DNA of 64,000 nucleotides, from assembly GCA_027729925.1 (NCBI GenBank), contig JAQCEB010000002.1:8239-72238 (forward strand), in the 5' to 3' direction. Position numbers and translations under genes: made by a program. Below the pieces are notes generated by a model. The model made no database searches. It was given only the letters and a program-made list of their open reading frames with translations, and was not told the origin of the DNA. The stretch comes from Actinomycetota bacterium. Its GTDB lineage: Bacteria > Actinomycetota > Acidimicrobiia > Actinomarinales > Actinomarinaceae. Below, one piece after another: positions 9,871-19,686 of the stretch; position 1 is the stretch's first letter, and every line of letters starts with the position of its first letter.

Positions 9871-11001
9871 TTAAACTAAATCAATTAACTTTTTAAAACT
9901 GAATTTAAAATTATCTGAAGAGTAATTATTTAATATAAAGTTTTTTGCATTAATTCCTATCTGGCTCGCATGATCATAGTTTTGATAAATGTTATTAATT
10001 TTGTTTGCCAAGTCTTTAACATTGTTACTTTCAAAAATAAAACCTGTTTGTTCGTCAATAACAATATCCTGCATGCCAGGAGCGTCAGTTACTAGTACCG
10101 GACAAGCTGTAACTTGGGATTCAAATATAACTCTTGCTAAACCTTCTGAGACTGAGGGTAATATCATTAAATTACTTTCCATATAATGCTCTAAAACCTG
10201 TTCTCTACTTCGATTTCCAAATATTTTGACTTTGTTTTCAAAGTTTAAATTTATAATTTGCTCTCTTAATTGTCTTAAATATTTAGAGTTTGGAGTAGGA
10301 CCAACTATGTTAAGCTCACAATCTACATCTTGTAAATAAGATATTGCTTCTATGATATGGTGTGGTTTTTTCCTATCCGTGACGCTACCAATAAAAAGTA
10401 TCCGAAATTTTTCTTTAATTTCTCTTTTTTTTGCAATGGACTCAAATATTTCAAAATCAACCCACGCAGGGAATCTAACTACTAACTTTTTGCTATTGAA
10501 TGAGAGTGCTTGTTCTTCAGTTGAAGACGAAACTGCTCTAATTAGATCAGCATTATCAATTGTATATTTTGCAATTTTCTTAAATAATAATTTGTAGATT
10601 TTTGGAAATAATAATTTTTTTTCTAGTTCTAAGGTGTTAATGAAATCACCGTGAGATTCTAAAACTATTTTTACGTTTTTATTTTTATTTTTTAATCTAC
10701 GAATTCCAAAAAAGCTTGTGATCGGATCTTGGAACGAAACAACATCAATGTTGTGCAGTTCAACTAATTTAGGTAGTTGGAAATAAGAAATTAAATAAAT
10801 TTTAAAATAGTTAATTAACCTAAATTTATTTTTTTTATATAAAAAGAAATTAGATCCATCAATTTCACCTTCAAATTCTGATTCACTAAATGCGACAACA
10901 TAAATTTTTGCTATTTCACTTAAATATTTAAACTTTTTCCTTAGATTGTCATTCAATGGTTGAGGATAATTTGTTGGTCCAAAAAAAAGTAATTTTTTCA
11001 T
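9871..11001 (-). CDS. GT-B fold glycosyltransferase, family 4-like
   Basis: 376 aa. C-terminal E-x7-E motif (EGLARVIFE) and a GxxD...TGFIF nucleotide-sugar region. The ATG overlaps the upstream TGA (ATGA, 10998..11001). Confidence 0.8.
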   Translation of the reverse strand: MKKLLFFGPTNYPQPLNDNLRKKFKYLSEIAKIYVVAFSESEFEGEIDGSNFFLYKKNKFRLINYFKIYLISYFQLPKLVELHNIDVVSFQDPITSFFGIRRLKNKNKNVKIVLESHGDFINTLELEKKLLFPKIYKLLFKKIAKYTIDNADLIRAVSSSTEEQALSFNSKKLVVRFPAWVDFEIFESIAKKREIKEKFRILFIGSVTDRKKPHHIIEAISYLQDVDCELNIVGPTPNSKYLRQLREQIINLNFENKVKIFGNRSREQVLEHYMESNLMILPSVSEGLARVIFESQVTACPVLVTDAPGMQDIVIDEQTGFIFESNNVKDLANKINNIYQNYDHASQIGINAKNFILNNYSSDNFKFSFKKLIDLV

Positions 11002-11918
11002 AATTCAAGAAAATTACTTAACTCATCCAAAAGTTCTTTATCATGTGTCCATGGTATTGAGTGTCCAGCATCACTAAAATTTTTAGTTATAACATTTTTG
11101 AGTCTTGTAACTACTTCATTAGAAGTTTCTTCTGGTACTAATCTATCTTTTCCTCCAGTTATTACTAAGCATTTATTTTCTATCTGATTAATCCATTCTC
11201 TTGCATCATATGGAACAACAAATCTGCCACCATCAGCATAAATAAAATCATCTTTGGATTTATGTAAATTATTCCAAGCCCACTCTGAATACTCGTCGTT
11301 AATGGAACTAGATTTCATTAAATATGAAAATTTAGATTGAGGATTTAAATTTGGAAAAAGTCTTTCCCTTATTCTTATAAAGCTTATAAACAGTTTAAAG
11401 GGTGTTTTATCTTTATATACTGCACCACCTAGCCAACTAAAAGGTGTAATGAGCACAAGCTTATCAACAAGAGTTTTTTCTTTTTTTGCAACTGCCAAAG
11501 CTACAGCACTACCCATTGACCACCCTACTAAGTGGCATTTATTAATATTTAGAGTTTTCAGAATGCTGATTACAATATCAGCATTTTCTTCAACATTCCA
11601 ACGTTTCCAACTTGAATCTGACTTGCCATGATTTCTTAAATCTATTGCAATAAAGGAGCTTTTTTTCTTTATTGCGGGTAAGATTTTAAACCAACTACCT
11701 AATGAATCAGAACCCCAGCTATGTAAGAAAATTATAGGTGTTTTTTCTTCAATATAATTTTCTCTTATTAAATACTCTTTTTCCCTAATAAAAACAGTTC
11801 TTCCTGGAATTTTTACAGGATGAAGTTGTGTAACACCTTCAGACTTACTCACTTTTGTTTCAATTAATTTTTTTATTAGTGCTGTGATAGCAAATAACTT
11901 AGTTAAATTTTTTATCAT
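10998..11918 (-). CDS. Alpha/beta-fold hydrolase
   Basis: HG-type oxyanion region IIFLHSWGS, nucleophile elbow GWSMGS, and C-terminal DAGHS catalytic His. The start shares 1 nt with the selD stop (TAATG). Confidence 0.8.
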   Translation of the reverse strand: MIKNLTKLFAITALIKKLIETKVSKSEGVTQLHPVKIPGRTVFIREKEYLIRENYIEEKTPIIFLHSWGSDSLGSWFKILPAIKKKSSFIAIDLRNHGKSDSSWKRWNVEENADIVISILKTLNINKCHLVGWSMGSAVALAVAKKEKTLVDKLVLITPFSWLGGAVYKDKTPFKLFISFIRIRERLFPNLNPQSKFSYLMKSSSINDEYSEWAWNNLHKSKDDFIYADGGRFVVPYDAREWINQIENKCLVITGGKDRLVPEETSNEVVTRLKNVITKNFSDAGHSIPWTHDKELLDELSNFLEL

Positions 11919-12949
11919 TAAATATTTATAATATTGATTTTATGGTTATATCTTTTAGTAATCTTTCCTATTTTCCATACTTTTATTCCATATTTATCTA
12001 AAACAAACTTTGAATCTACTATTACATTATCAGGTATAGATATGAGCAAGCCGCCACTAGTTTGGGCATCAGCAAAAATTTTTACTTTATCCTCAAATTC
12101 TTTTTCATATCCTATATCATCTTTAATAGCTTCCAAATTTCTTTTACTGCCTGAAGAAAATATTCCACTAGCTAAAAAATCTTCTGCATCTCCAACTACT
12201 GGTACATTATTTGCGTAAATTTCTGCTGCTAAGTTTTCATTTATTAACATCTCACTTAAGTGACCAAGTAAACCGAAACCAGTAATGTCTGTAACTCCAT
12301 TTGCATTATAAAAATCTGCTACTTTTAGTCCGTTCACGTTTAATGTAGTCATTACTTTAGTTATATTTTGAATTTGATCTTGAGTTGCTAAACCTTTTTT
12401 GATTGCTGTTGCAATAATTCCAGATCCAAGAGGCTTAGTTAAATATAAGCTATCATTTTCCTGAATATCAGATTTTTTGTAAATTCTTTTACCAACTAAA
12501 CCAGTTACAGCAAAACCATATTTTGGTTCTTTATCATCAATACTATGACCGCCAATAATGGTGCACCCGGCCTCTTCCATTATTGATGAACCACCTTTTA
12601 TAACCTCTGATAAAATTTCAAAACTAAGTTCTTCTCTTGGCCAACTAACCATTTGCAAAGCAGTTAAAGGTTTTCCTCCCATTGCATAAATATCAGATAA
12701 TGCGTTAGCTGCCGCTATTCTTCCCCAATCAAAAGGGTTATCTACAATCGGTGTAAAGTAATCAATTGTTTGAATTAGTTGCTGTCCATTTTCTAGTTGT
12801 ACGATACCCCCATCGTCTGGAGTATCAAGTCCAACTAGAATATTGGGATTATTTTGATGTGCTATATGCTTCAGAACCTGAGCAAGCTCTCTTTGTGAGA
12901 GTTTACAAGCTCAACCAGACCCATGAGAGTATTCTGTTAACCTCACCAA
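11918..12949 (-). CDS. selD: Selenide, water dikinase (selenophosphate synthetase), Sec-containing form; in-frame TGA at 12911..12913
   Basis: The track ORF 11918..12682 is only the C-terminal part. The same frame upstream reads VRLTEYSHGSG-U-ACKLSQRELAQVL...DYFTPIVDNPFDWGRIAAANALSDIYAMGGKPL with no other stop. GGAGGA lies at 12950..12955. The start is TTG 12949 or GTG 12946. Confidence 0.9.
12880..12913 (-). promoter_or_regulatory. Candidate bacterial SECIS stem-loop of selD
   Basis: mRNA U-GAGC-UU-G-UAAA-CUCUC-ACAAA-GAGAG-C-UU-GCUC. A 4-bp lower stem and a 5-bp upper stem start at the GA of the UGA. Confidence 0.45.
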
Positions 12950-12959
12950 TCCTCCGATC

Positions 12960-13781
12960 TTATTTCTTATCTCTTTCTTTGATTACTCTTTCTTCAAAAG
13001 TCTTTTTGATTTGATTAATTAATTCATGTTTTGGTAATTCAATATCATCAATACGAGAAATACAATGTCCGTGTTTTGCAGTAGATAAAATAAAAGCTCC
13101 TTGGATTGTGTTTAATTTATCTATATGAATCAATCCTTCCTTGACGGGCAAAATTCCTTCTCTACCAAAATCTAGTAAATATTGCCGAGTTATTGAATCT
13201 AAAATTCCTAACTCAAGCTTTGGAACAAAAATTTGGTCATCTGATATCCATCCAAATGTAAAAGTCGGTCCCTCTAGGACTTCACCACTCTTACCTATTA
13301 GTAGCGCATCTGTATACCCATTCATTTCTGCTTTTCGTGTGTGGCTAATATTCATCCCATACGATGTAGATTTTGTTCCAAGGTTGAATGCTTCATCTTG
13401 ACTATAATCGCCAGAACTATGCCAAAACGCTTTTTGGGTTTCTAATGTAAAATATTCAGGAATATTTACTGGAGGTTGATGGAAACAAAATACATTGTAC
13501 CCATCTTTACTATCTCTTAAAATAAGAGTTCTAACATATCCATTTTCAAATGAATTAGCAACTTTATAAATATTTTTTTTAATTTCATCAAAATCTATAT
13601 TTTCAAAGAATACTTTTTTAGCTGATCTTTGAAATCTCTCAAGATGTCGTTCAACACCGAAGGGATAACCTTGATGTATTTTTATCGCTTCAAATATGCC
13701 ATCACCTCTCAAAACAGCTAGATCTTCAATGGAAATACTGAAGTCTGATTTAGATACTTCGATGCCATTTTTTAAATACAA
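12960..13781 (-). CDS. PLP fold-type IV aminotransferase / aminodeoxychorismate lyase family
   Basis: 273 aa. Has GIFEAIKI...HLERFQRSAKK, the typical class IV N-terminal pattern, and a C-terminal GILDSITR motif. Confidence 0.75.
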   Translation of the reverse strand: MYLKNGIEVSKSDFSISIEDLAVLRGDGIFEAIKIHQGYPFGVERHLERFQRSAKKVFFENIDFDEIKKNIYKVANSFENGYVRTLILRDSKDGYNVFCFHQPPVNIPEYFTLETQKAFWHSSGDYSQDEAFNLGTKSTSYGMNISHTRKAEMNGYTDALLIGKSGEVLEGPTFTFGWISDDQIFVPKLELGILDSITRQYLLDFGREGILPVKEGLIHIDKLNTIQGAFILSTAKHGHCISRIDDIELPKHELINQIKKTFEERVIKERDKK

Positions 13782-13782
13782 A

Positions 13783-15489
13783 TTAACCCCTGTCCCTTAT
13801 ATATGTATTTGTAATAGGCATTCTCCTATCTTTACCAAAAGCTTTTTCTGTTAACTTTACCCCAGGTGCAACTTGTTTTCTTTTATATTCATTCCTATCA
13901 ACTTTTTCTAACACTCCATAAACTATCTCTTCATCAATACCCTCAGATATTATTTTTTCAGAAGAGCTATCTTCTTCAATGTAAAGATTTAAAATTTTGT
14001 CTAGTAATTCATAATCAGGAAGTGAGTCTTTATCAAGTTGATTTGGTCTTAACTCTGCACTGGGTTCTTTTGAAATAGAGTTTTGAGGAATTACTTTTGA
14101 AATAGAGTTTCTGTAATTTGAAAGATTATACACCTCCGTTTTGTATACATCTTTTAAAAGAGCAAATCCACCAGCTAAATCACCATACAATGTTGAATAA
14201 CCAACAGCCATTTCCGATTTATTGCCTGTTGAAACTACCATAGCACCAGTCTGATTTGATAAAGCCATTAATAGATTCCCTCTAATTCTTGATTGAATAT
14301 TTTCATCGGTAACAGAGATGATTTTTTCATTAAATTGCTTTGTTAAAATTTCCCTATATTTCTCGACTAACTCTTCGATTTCAATTACTTTCAGCTCTAT
14401 TCCTAAATTAGTTGCTAATGAACTAGCATCTATTAAAGAATCTGGTGAATTAAATTTTGTTGGCATAGCAACACATGTTACATTTTCTGAACCTAATGCA
14501 TCAACAGCAATTGTTGCAGTTAAAGCAGAATCAATACCTCCAGAAAGCCCGATTAAAACTTTTTTAAATTTATTTTTTTTAACATAATCACGTAAACCTA
14601 ATTTAAGAGCAGTATAAACTTCTTCATTTTTGGATAGTTCTTTGTAATTTTTCGTTGTATTAAGGTTTAGAGTTTTTTCCCTAATTTTTAAATTTGTATT
14701 TTTAGATTCATTTTTTACATCTAGTTCAAGTTCAATATGAAAAATTTCTTCCTGAAATTGATTACTTTGATGAATAATTTCACCATTCTTGTTAACAATA
14801 AACGATCCGCCATCAAATACAAGCTCATCTTGACCACCAACAGTGTTTAGGTAAATTATTGGAACTCCTAATAGCTTTGCTTGTTCTACAACTAAATTTT
14901 TTCTATTTGTGGACTTATTTATATCAAAGGGAGAAGCATTAATATTGATAATCAAAGATGCTCCGTTTTTTACTTGTAAAGAGGCTGGTCCATCGTTAAT
15001 CCAAATATCTTCGCAAATACTAATTCCAACTGCAATGTTTTCATACCAAAATAATTTTCCTGGGTCATTTCCTTTTGAAAAATATCTAGCTTCGTCAAAA
15101 ACTGAATAGTTTGGCAGAAAACACTTATGGTATATACCTTTGACGTCACCATTTTGTACAATTGCTGCTGCGTTTGCTATACCTCTGCTTTTTAAATCAG
15201 TTTTATTAACATCTTTCGTTCTATCAACAAAACCGATAATTGCACTTGATTCACTTGAAAACTCAGCAATCTCCTCAAGTACTGAATAATTTTTACCCAA
15301 AAAGCTTTCTCTTAACAACAAATCTTCTGGAGGATACCCTGTTAAGCAAAGTTCTGGAAAAATTACGATATCAGATTCTACGCTTTCTGCAATTTCAATG
15401 GTATTTAATATAGTTTCTTTATTTTGCTGAATCGCACCAACAGGAAATGATAATTGTGCTCCAGTTATACGAATTTTTTTTTGTTCCAC
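13783..15489 (-). CDS. nadE: Glutamine-dependent NAD+ synthetase
   Basis: 568 aa. N-terminal CN-hydrolase domain (FPELCLTGY, ICEDIW) and a C-terminal NAD synthetase domain with PP-loop GLSGGIDSAL. Confidence 0.9.
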   Translation of the reverse strand: MEQKKIRITGAQLSFPVGAIQQNKETILNTIEIAESVESDIVIFPELCLTGYPPEDLLLRESFLGKNYSVLEEIAEFSSESSAIIGFVDRTKDVNKTDLKSRGIANAAAIVQNGDVKGIYHKCFLPNYSVFDEARYFSKGNDPGKLFWYENIAVGISICEDIWINDGPASLQVKNGASLIININASPFDINKSTNRKNLVVEQAKLLGVPIIYLNTVGGQDELVFDGGSFIVNKNGEIIHQSNQFQEEIFHIELELDVKNESKNTNLKIREKTLNLNTTKNYKELSKNEEVYTALKLGLRDYVKKNKFKKVLIGLSGGIDSALTATIAVDALGSENVTCVAMPTKFNSPDSLIDASSLATNLGIELKVIEIEELVEKYREILTKQFNEKIISVTDENIQSRIRGNLLMALSNQTGAMVVSTGNKSEMAVGYSTLYGDLAGGFALLKDVYKTEVYNLSNYRNSISKVIPQNSISKEPSAELRPNQLDKDSLPDYELLDKILNLYIEEDSSSEKIISEGIDEEIVYGVLEKVDRNEYKRKQVAPGVKLTEKAFGKDRRMPITNTYIRDRG

Positions 15490-15515
15490 TTATTAATTGT
15501 ATCGTCTAAAAGTCT

Positions 15516-15920
15516 TTAAGAAGTAACGTTAATTTCTATATCTTTAGAGTCTTCAACCCAGTTAGTGATTCTTTTAAGTGATGGCATTCTATCAACAATG
15601 TTCTTCTTATTGTTAATTCTTTGCATGAGATCATGTAGGGATTCTGGATTTCTTCGACGTAATTCGGCAACAGTTTCAACACCTGCTGCCTCTAGAAGGT
15701 CAGCATAGTCACGTCCTAAGTTTTTTATTTTCATCAGCTCTGCTCTTCTAGCCCAATGTAATAATTTAGGAGAACTTATACCAGTTTCACGAGTCAATAA
15801 AGCTCTGCCAGAACGAGTAGAGGCAATTTGTAGGAAAGTTTTTGTAGTTCTGACTCTAGCTCTCCTGAGCTTGGTTGCCTCTGTGTGGGTCATCCCATTT
15901 ATAGAATCAATTGAATGCAT
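15516..15920 (-). CDS. Small basic helix-hairpin-helix protein (DUF4332-like)
   Basis: 134 aa. IKNLGRDYADLLEAAGVETVAELRRRNPESL resembles the DUF4332/HhH pattern. Confidence 0.5.
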   Translation of the reverse strand: MHSIDSINGMTHTEATKLRRARVRTTKTFLQIASTRSGRALLTRETGISSPKLLHWARRAELMKIKNLGRDYADLLEAAGVETVAELRRRNPESLHDLMQRINNKKNIVDRMPSLKRITNWVEDSKDIEINVTS

Positions 15921-15981
15921 GTTAAAATTTTACAAAAAAATTTTTTTAAACAAACTATTTTTTTGAAGAGTTTTTCCCACT

Positions 15982-16566
15982 CTAAAAATCTTTTTCTTCA
16001 TTGTAATCAGTAGGACCCAAAAAATTAAAATTCACTTTTTTAAAATTAATTTCTGATGAAACAAAATAATGAATCATATCAAAATCATCATCTGAAGTAA
16101 TATTTTCAGTTTCTTCATCATTAGTTAAAAGTTCTAATTTACTCCAATATTGTCTTGGAATTGAAATTGGATAGTTTAATTTATATCTATACTGTGAAAT
16201 CAATACATCTTCAGAAGTTTCTTTAAAAATTTTAATTACTTCTTCATTTACCTCAGGTTGATCTCCTAAAAAGACTATTAAATTTTTGATTTCTTTAATG
16301 CTTTGAAAGTAATATAGTGCTGTTCTTAGAGAAGATATAATTCCCTCTTCCCAGTTTTCATTAATTAATATTGTTGAATTATAAAAGTTAATATTATCAC
16401 TAAGAACTTCATTGTCAGAACCTAAAACTACTGCTAATTCATCAAAATGTGGTTGAACTTTGTCGATTATTACTTGTAGAAGAGGTTTGTCTTTTACTTC
16501 GGCTAGAAGCTTTGGAAACCCCATTCTAGTTGATTCCCCAGCCGCAAGAATTACTGCAGCATTCAT
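15982..16566 (-). CDS. MobA/MocA-like nucleotidyltransferase family protein
   Basis: N-terminal AVILAAGESTRMGFPKLL NTP-transferase motif. 194 aa. Confidence 0.65.
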   Translation of the reverse strand: MNAAVILAAGESTRMGFPKLLAEVKDKPLLQVIIDKVQPHFDELAVVLGSDNEVLSDNINFYNSTILINENWEEGIISSLRTALYYFQSIKEIKNLIVFLGDQPEVNEEVIKIFKETSEDVLISQYRYKLNYPISIPRQYWSKLELLTNDEETENITSDDDFDMIHYFVSSEINFKKVNFNFLGPTDYNEEKDF

Positions 16567-17183
16567 ATAAAAACTGATGAGGCGATTGAAGATCCAAAAA
16601 ATACTGATACCAAAAGAAGTAAAACTTCAATACTTCTTAAACTATAAACTTGTTTTAATCCTGATCCAAGAGTTGCTAAGCCATACACACCTACAATTAG
16701 GAGTAACAAAAACTGTATTAGAAATGAATTTGAAAATAAAGAAATTCCAAATAAAAAACTTGGTACTGATGAAAAACAAAAAATTATCAACACTTCAGAA
16801 TATTTAGGAAGTTTTCGAAAAAGATATTTAAGTAGTACAAACATTACAGCTGTCACAAGTAATCCTGAAATAATTGAATTAAGAAGAGTAGTAATAAGAG
16901 TACTTGTCTCATTATATTGGGAACTTAAAAGTTCAAATTCAACAATTAGTTGTCTAATTAAAGACATTTCTTGATTAGGTAAATCTTGTGATATAAGAGC
17001 AACATTAGCGTTTAAAAAATCAACTGTACTTTGAAATAATTTACCTATACCTAAAGTACTTAAAATCGTAGTAGCCAAATAAATTGCAACACCTTTTTGA
17101 ATACTTGATTGATTATTGATTAAATCAAAATAAATATTCTTATCTAATTTAAGAATCTTTATAAAGATATTTTTTTCATTCAT
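16563..17183 (-). CDS. Integral membrane protein, unknown function (Yip1-like topology)
   Basis: 206 aa with ~5 TM helices. 4-nt overlap with the downstream gene. Confidence 0.4.
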   Translation of the reverse strand: MNEKNIFIKILKLDKNIYFDLINNQSSIQKGVAIYLATTILSTLGIGKLFQSTVDFLNANVALISQDLPNQEMSLIRQLIVEFELLSSQYNETSTLITTLLNSIISGLLVTAVMFVLLKYLFRKLPKYSEVLIIFCFSSVPSFLFGISLFSNSFLIQFLLLLIVGVYGLATLGSGLKQVYSLRSIEVLLLLVSVFFGSSIASSVFI

Positions 17184-17212
17184 TTTATCTTTTTCTATTT
17201 AAAATCTATCTT

Positions 17213-17530
17213 ATGACTATAACAAAAATATTTTCATATCTTGTGGTGATTACAATGACAATTGTAATCATCTGGGCCCAGAATCAAATACCAATAACAG
17301 AATCATCAATTCCAGAACTTCCATGGGGTGTAGTCTCTTTAATTGATCTATATTCTGGATTTATTTTTATTAGCATTTGGATAGTTTTTAAAGAAAATCT
17401 ATCTACTGCACTTATATGGACATTTTTTATGATGATTTTAGGAAATCTAACAACAGCAATTTATGTTTTATATAGTTATAAAAAAGCTGAAGGCGATATG
17501 AAGAAATTTTTTCTAGGTAAAAATATTTAA
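17213..17530 (+). CDS. Small 3-TM membrane protein, unknown function
   Basis: 105 aa, hydrophobic. ATG start in a tight intergenic context. Confidence 0.45.
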   Translation: MTITKIFSYLVVITMTIVIIWAQNQIPITESSIPELPWGVVSLIDLYSGFIFISIWIVFKENLSTALIWTFFMMILGNLTTAIYVLYSYKKAEGDMKKFFLGKNI

Positions 17531-19686
17531 TCTTTTTTCAAGTTATCTAAAAGTATTAAAGACACATCACGAACTTTAACTTGATCACCATATCCAAGTT
17601 CTTTAACTCCATCGTCCATCATAATAAAACAAAATGGGCAAGCTACTGCAACTTCATCTGCCCCAGTATCAATAGCTTCTTGTGATCTTTCAATATTAAT
17701 TTTTTTTCCAACTGACTCTTCCATCCACATTCTGCCCCCACCAGCACCGCAACAAAAACTTTTGGTTCCCTGTCTTTTCATTTCTCTTATTTCGACTCCA
17801 CCTATTGACCCAACTATCTCTCTTGGTGCTGTATAAATATCATTTTGTCTTCCTAAGTAACAAGAATCGTGATATGTAATTTTGTGAGGCTTGTCACTTG
17901 AGCCAACCTCAATACGTCCGGATTGAACTAATTCTGTTAATAGCTGACTGTGATGAATAACTTCAAACTCTCCTCCAAGCTGAGGATACTCATTTGCAAT
18001 AGTATTAAAACAATGAGGACATTGGGTAATGATTTTTTCAACTTTTAGATTATTCATATTTTCTATGTTCTGAATAGCAAGTTGCTGAAAAAGATATTCA
18101 TTCCCGGTTCTTCGAGCTGAATCGCCTGTACATACCTCTTTTGGACCTAAAACAGCAAATGAAACACCTGCCCGTTTTAATAAAGTTGCTACAGCTTTTG
18201 TAACTGGTATATTTCTATCATCAAAAGCTCCAGCACAACCAACCCAATATAAATAGTCATATTCATCACAATTACTTTCATTAATAATTGGAATTTCAAA
18301 ATCTAAATCTTCTGACCACTTTAATCTATCATTTTGTGAAGCACCCCATGGGTTAGCTGAGTTTTCCATCGCAACATAGGCTTTTCCAAGCTCTGTAGGA
18401 AAATCTGAAGCCATTAATGCCAAATGTCTCCTCATGTCTAAAATTTTGTCTAGAATTTCAATATTTACAGGACATATTTCGTCACATGCCTTACAAGAAG
18501 TACAAGCCCAAATTTCTTCGCTAGTAATTCTTTCAAATACATTTGATGAATTTACCTTTAAGACTGGTGGTGTCAATACAGTCGATGTAACTTGTGGAAT
18601 TCCAGAATCAGCCATTACTTGACCAAGCTTTAAAATTATTTCTCGAGGGTCTAATGACTTTCCAGTTTGATTTGCAGGACAAACTGATGTACATCTACCA
18701 CAAACAGTACATGCATCTAAATCCATAAGTTGCTTCCAAGTAAAGTCTTCAATACCTTCAACACCGACAGTGTCAATGTCAGCCATCTCAAGTAAGTTAC
18801 CAATATCTTTCATTGCACCTTTAGGTCTATCTTTTGGTGAAAAAAACATATTTAATGGAGATGTAATCATGTGTCTTAATTTTGATAAAGGAAGTGCTAT
18901 CAAAAATACTAAAAACAAAACAACATGAAGTATCCAAGAAATTCTGTGAAAAATTTCAGGATTTTGAATTGGAATTGTCTTTGCAAAAAAATAACCGACA
19001 AATGACCATTTTTCATAACTTGGAAAATTTTCCAAAGCTATTCTTCCAGCTTCTGTAGTGACTCCTGTAATTCCAAGAAGAATAAGTAGTGATAAAGTTA
19101 AGTAATCATCTAGATTAGTTTTTGTTTTAATTCTAAATTCTGTTCCGAATATTCTTCTAGTTAATGCCCAAACTAAACCAAATAAAAACGCTAAAGTAGC
19201 AAGCTCTAATATAAAAGAGTAAACGATGTAAGTTTGACCTTGAAGAAATTTTAAACTTGGAGGCATCAAGTGATGGATTTCTAAAGTTACTGTACCTGCA
19301 AATAACCCGATAAATCCTACATAAATCAAAGAATGCATTAAACCTGCTGCTTTGAATCTCAACAGTGTTTTCATTGTTAAACCGCTTAAAAGATTGGATA
19401 ATCTAGTAGCAGTCTTTACTTTTCTGACTTCAGACTTTCCTCGATTCCAGTTTTTTACTCTTAAAGAAAATAAATAACCTGAAATAAATATCGTTGCTGA
19501 GCTTAGAACATAAAAAATATATTGTATGATCTTTGGAATATTTACAAAAACTTCTCTTCCATCTATTATTTCTCCTTCAGGAAAAATATAACTAGCTACC
19601 CACAAGAATATTGTTCCTAAAGAAGCTCCAGCTGAAAAAAGTAAAACATAATCGTTTGATTTATGTTTTAAAAATAATTTATTCAC
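17527..19686 (-). CDS. Membrane-anchored (Fe-S)-binding oxidoreductase, HdrD/GlpC-like
   Basis: N-terminal ~6 TM domain. Two 4Fe-4S motifs (CTVCGRCTSVCP, CTSCKACDEICP). Two C-terminal CCG cysteine-rich domains (..CCGAGGG..). Confidence 0.85.
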   Translation of the reverse strand: MNKLFLKHKSNDYVLLFSAGASLGTIFLWVASYIFPEGEIIDGREVFVNIPKIIQYIFYVLSSATIFISGYLFSLRVKNWNRGKSEVRKVKTATRLSNLLSGLTMKTLLRFKAAGLMHSLIYVGFIGLFAGTVTLEIHHLMPPSLKFLQGQTYIVYSFILELATLAFLFGLVWALTRRIFGTEFRIKTKTNLDDYLTLSLLILLGITGVTTEAGRIALENFPSYEKWSFVGYFFAKTIPIQNPEIFHRISWILHVVLFLVFLIALPLSKLRHMITSPLNMFFSPKDRPKGAMKDIGNLLEMADIDTVGVEGIEDFTWKQLMDLDACTVCGRCTSVCPANQTGKSLDPREIILKLGQVMADSGIPQVTSTVLTPPVLKVNSSNVFERITSEEIWACTSCKACDEICPVNIEILDKILDMRRHLALMASDFPTELGKAYVAMENSANPWGASQNDRLKWSEDLDFEIPIINESNCDEYDYLYWVGCAGAFDDRNIPVTKAVATLLKRAGVSFAVLGPKEVCTGDSARRTGNEYLFQQLAIQNIENMNNLKVEKIITQCPHCFNTIANEYPQLGGEFEVIHHSQLLTELVQSGRIEVGSSDKPHKITYHDSCYLGRQNDIYTAPREIVGSIGGVEIREMKRQGTKSFCCGAGGGRMWMEESVGKKINIERSQEAIDTGADEVAVACPFCFIMMDDGVKELGYGDQVKVRDVSLILLDNLKKD

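Noticed and set aside
12766-13014. 82-aa plus-strand ORF in the apparent gap upstream of the selD fragment
   Set aside because: The gap is filled by the selD N-terminus on the minus strand, which is strongly family-like once TGA is read as Sec. The plus-strand ORF is a shadow frame.
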